A stretch of 64,000 nucleotides of DNA from a virus. Taxonomy: Duplodnaviria; Caudoviricetes. Location: positions 1 to 64,000 of IMG/VR virus record IMGVR_UViG_3300037484_000250. One strand, 5' to 3'. Numbering within the stretch: position 1 is the first letter of the stretch; the number at the start of each line of letters is the position of its first letter. Positions 63,345 to 64,000 of the stretch are shown one piece after another. The notes beneath the pieces are model-generated. The model ran no database searches and was not told the DNA's origin. It was given only the letters and a program-made list of their open reading frames with translations. The translations under genes were made by a program, and so were the position numbers.

Positions 63345-63548
63345 TTGAAAATGAATATACAACATGCGATAGATGAGATAAAATCTGGTAGATATAAAAG
63401 TTATACTAATCGGTTCGATATCAAGAGGATCATGAATGCAATGGAGTCTGGTGAGTGGGATGAAGTTAAGAAAAGCAGATTGTACAAATTACATGGTGGG
63501 GAATATTGTGAGTTGTTGAGCATCTTGCATCGATATGTGAAGGAATAG
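63345..63548 (+). CDS. Hypothetical protein
   Basis: GGGGGA RBS, TTG start. Confidence 0.55.
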   Translation: MKMNIQHAIDEIKSGRYKSYTNRFDIKRIMNAMESGEWDEVKKSRLYKLHGGEYCELLSILHRYVKE

Positions 63549-63622
63549 GGTCTATACCATCACCAAATTTTCTAGTATAATAGAGTATGAAAGTAAGAAT
63601 GTAGGAATTGGAGGCTAAATGA

Positions 63623-63907
63623 ATGATTACAGCATTGAGGGAGAAATCCCAGATAACATTGCCAAAGGAGGTTGTAGATGAACTAAAAATAAAGAAAGGT
63701 GATAATTTAGAAATCATAGTTCAAGATGGAAAGATAATTATTACGCCTGTTTTAGTCATTGATAAGGATCAAGCATGGTTTTGGACAAAAGAATGGCAAG
63801 ATGGGGAACGAGAGGCAGATGAAGATATAAAGATGGGAAGAGTCAGCGAACCCATGGATCTAGAAAATTTCTTAGAACATTTGGAAAGGTTAAAGCTAGA
63901 TGTTTAA
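63623..63907 (+). CDS. AbrB/MazE/SpoVT-family antitoxin
   Basis: LREKSQITLPKEVVDELKIKKGD..QAWFWTKEWQ.GEREADEDI..G. Confidence 0.88.
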   Translation: MITALREKSQITLPKEVVDELKIKKGDNLEIIVQDGKIIITPVLVIDKDQAWFWTKEWQDGEREADEDIKMGRVSEPMDLENFLEHLERLKLDV

Positions 63908-64000
63908 AAATTTGCAGAGAACCAATTATTTCACAAAGCAATATATCAAATTTGATAGGGTAACACAAAAGATAATAGATAAGGCAATAGTTCAATTATT
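63900..64000 (+). CDS. RelE/ParE-like toxin, truncated by the window end (not in ORF track)
   Basis: ATG overlaps the antitoxin end; MFKNLQRTNYFTKQYIKFDRVTQKIIDKAIVQL. Confidence 0.6.
   Translation, partial: MFKNLQRTNYFTKQYIKFDRVTQKIIDKAIVQL

Noticed and set aside
1-64000. Integrase/att site, tRNA and rRNA genes
   Set aside because: None was recognised in this window, so prophage boundaries and lifestyle cannot be fixed from it.

Overview
The window is a long, nearly continuous temperate siphovirus-type phage/prophage segment from a spore-forming Bacillota (clostridial-like) host. It has no integrase, tRNA, rRNA or CRISPR array. Gene order: immunity switch (XRE repressor/Cro-like), YqaJ-RecT recombination, accessory genes, DnaD-type initiator with origin iterons and DnaC loader, middle genes, ArpU/RinA late activator, terS, about 16 kb of cargo, a terL interrupted in its Walker A motif, portal/head/tail modules and holin. 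Highlights: (1) Two non-coding arrays with about 36-nt periodicity and alternating edge (AGYGARYCA) and loop (..CCA/TCA/ACA) repeats around about 9-nt variable spacers, matching TIGR (tandem interspaced guide RNA) architecture. They hold about 70 and about 14 units, and no Nop-domain Tas gene is visible in the window. A TnpB-only IS200/IS605 element has inserted into one spacer. (2) A near-complete nonulosonic (sialic-like) acid pathway between terS and terL, plus a CstII/GT42-like sialyltransferase candidate in the head operon next to Ser/Thr-rich virion proteins, suggesting virion (or spore) nonulosonylation. (3) Sporulation regulators (two SigE/SigK-like sigma factors, SpoIIID), three AbrB-type toxin-antitoxin pairs, a Tad1/Acb2-like protein and several homing endonucleases. 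All calls come from motif recognition by eye; no database searches were run.
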